From Paraspadella gotoi (Eukaryota > Animalia > Chaetognatha), in the NCBI GenBank assembly GCA_051294375.1, contig CM119270.1:5743452-5807451 (forward strand): DNA of 64,000 nt, read 5' to 3'. Below, piece after piece: positions 61,801 to 64,000 of the stretch (the first letter of the stretch is position 1; the number at the start of each line of letters is the position of its first letter). The notes beneath the pieces are model-generated. The model was given only the letters and a program-made list of their open reading frames with translations. It had not been told where the DNA came from and searched no databases. The position numbers and the translations under genes are program-made.

Positions 61801-62287
61801 GATCTCAGCGTTGATTCGTCAGCGTTGATCGTCGGCGTTGATCGTCAGCGTTTGATCGTCAGCGTTATAATTTCGTTGCTGTCTTTAATCTAGTTTCACA
61901 TAAACCGACCAAATTTTAATACGAGTCTGTGACCTTTAACGAAGTCTCGGTGTAAGATTTTCTTCACCTTAAACGAAATTCTTTTTTTGTTATTGATCGA
62001 TTTGTATCACTTAAATCGGAGCGATATGAAATATATAATCAAATCTTGAGTTTACTACTTTATGCTAGAGGTAGAAAATGAATTGTTTGTTAACATACAA
62101 CGACTTTATATTATAAAAAGTCGTTGTATTCAACCTCAAACAAATAACTCAACGAAACGAAAAGAAAACAAACAATGTCTACTTAATACTAGTGCTTTTC
62201 TAAATTATCAAGTTTTCGATTCTCTTCCGTGAATTTAATTTTTTTTATTGATTTTTTTTATTTTTCATTCGAAAACGAAAGAACAAA

Positions 62288-64000
62288 TGACGCCAATGAC
62301 ACGAAAAATGGCGACGCCCGTTCGCGGCGCCACGCCCCTGAAAAGCGCGCCAGAAACGCCGGTTTTCCTGGCGCCGTTTTATATTCTCTTCTCGCGATGG
62401 ACAGCGACGGCGCCTCGGGTCACGCTGCAGGTAAGGTCCATGAAAAAAGTATCAAATAATCGAGATTCTGTTAATTGAAATTGATTATAGTCAGAATGGT
62501 GAAGAGGTAAAGGTCGTCAATGGTCAGCGGGTGAGTTAAAAAAGATTTAGTTCTTTTCGATCTTTAAACTAAAGAAATTTGGTTCAGCGCTGCAGAATTA
62601 CGTGACAATCTAAACATTTACTTAAAAAGTGCTCTTTGCGTGTAATAACTCGTGATTTCAATATCTATTCTTCAGTGCTCTCTATACGTTAATAAACTAT
62701 CAACATAGATATATCAATAGCCTAAAAATCAAATTTTGTTAAAATTTCTTTTAGGATCAAGAAATTCTCCAGGCTTCCAACCGAAAATCGATCCAGAACC
62801 CAAAAGCATCCACAGCTGCGGAGAGAACCGTCGCCAGAATCAGGCATCTCAAAGAGCTGCAGCATCAAGAGTTGCCAGCATCAACTGCGGAATCAACATT
62901 TATCGCAGCTACACCCTAAACGCCAGCTAGATTCGCTTGGGAGGAGGCTACCTTGGGAACAGAAGAGGCAGCTTGACAGTTTAGGTGGTGGCTACTTGGG
63001 AGAGCAGAAAAGGCAGTTGGACAGCCTTGGAGGAGGCTACTTGGGGAACAGAAACGACAGCTGGATAGCCTCGGTGAGGAATATCTGGGCGAGCAGAAGA
63101 GGCAGCTGGATAGTTTAGGAGGAGGATATTTGGGTCAGCATAAGAGGCAACTGGACAGCCCGGGTGGAGGCTACTTGGGTATGCAAAAGCGTCAACTTGA
63201 CAGTCTGGGGGAGGATACTTGGGAGCAAAAGCGTCAGTCTTGACAGTTTGGGAGGCGGTTATTCTTGGCGAACAGAAGCGTCAATTAGACAGTTTGGGGA
63301 GGATATACACTTGGCGAGCAAAAACGCCAACTTGATAGTCTGGAGGGGGCTATCTGGGTGACCACATGCAAAAACGACAGCTGGACAGTCTGGGTGGAGG
63401 GTATTTGGGAGAGCAGAGAGAACAGCTGGATAGCATGGGTGGAGCATTGCTTGGAGGAGAACAGTCTAAAAGACAGTTGGACAGCTTGGAGGAGGCTACT
63501 TGGGAGGAGTCAGCATAAACGTCAAAGGCGCGATTTATCGAGTCGACGAAACAGCAATTGGATTCTCTGGGAGGGCGGAGTCTTGGGGAGTGTTGAAGAG
63601 GGCGCTCAAAGGTGAGTTCGTAAGTTCTTAATCCATCCATACGAACATATATGTTTGACTGGGTTTAACCAATACGAAAATATTTCATCACAAATATGCT
63701 ATTTTGTCTTCTGACTTTGAACAGCCTATGCAGATAGTACAAGGCCTCCAACCCTCTTAGAAGGTTATAAAATAAAGTATAATAAAATTGAAATTGACAA
63801 TACTTTTTTTACTAATTCTTTCAGATTCAAACAGACCCAAGCGCCAGTTGGACTCCCTCGGAGGTGGCGTCTTAGGCGATGAGATGGAAAAAGCGCCAAC
63901 TGGACTCCCTTAGGTTAAAAATCACAATCATAAAAAAGACACCATGTCAGTTATGATATTTAAATAATGACATTTAGGTGGCGGAGTCCTTGGTGAAGAA
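62288..64000 (+). CDS. Neuropeptide precursor with ~16 KR-delimited QLDSLGGG(Y/V)LGEQ repeats (orcokinin-B/pedal peptide-like); exons ~62288/62308-62430, 62755-63611, 63825-63913, 63978->64000; 3' incomplete, apparent indel errors
   Basis: 45-nt tandem units translate KRQLDSLGGGYLGEQ with extensive third-position variation; GT-AG introns; the upstream exon has a hydrophobic, signal-peptide-like stretch. Confidence 0.88.

Noticed and set aside
53105-62129. Short perfect palindromes/hairpins (53105-53128; 62095-62129)
   Set aside because: Short and likely TE-terminus or slippage relics, with no further support.

Overview
AT-rich, microsatellite-laden eukaryotic (invertebrate animal) genomic DNA from a gapped draft assembly. 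(1) A complete minus-strand cAMP-dependent protein kinase catalytic subunit (PKA-C) gene: 11 GT-AG exons at 2566-21096 encode 354 aa with a canonical MGNA.. first exon and a divergent C-tail. Several additional phase-1 candidate N-terminal exons are scattered up to ~52 kb. (2) A ~22 kb inverted duplication (~11.7-22.8 kb mirrored at ~22.9-34.05 kb) whose second arm is indel-riddled, most likely a long-read fold-back artefact. (3) A plus-strand neuropeptide precursor at 62.3-64 kb with about 16 KR-flanked QLDSLGGGYLGEQ-type repeats (orcokinin-B/pedal-peptide-like), missed by the ORF track because of indels. (4) Dispersed repeats: a ~255-nt highly structured GC-rich element, Helentron/DINE-1-like elements, degenerate Penelope-type minimal hammerhead cores, hairpins and mini/microsatellites. 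Most long ORFs in the supplied track are translations of simple repeats.
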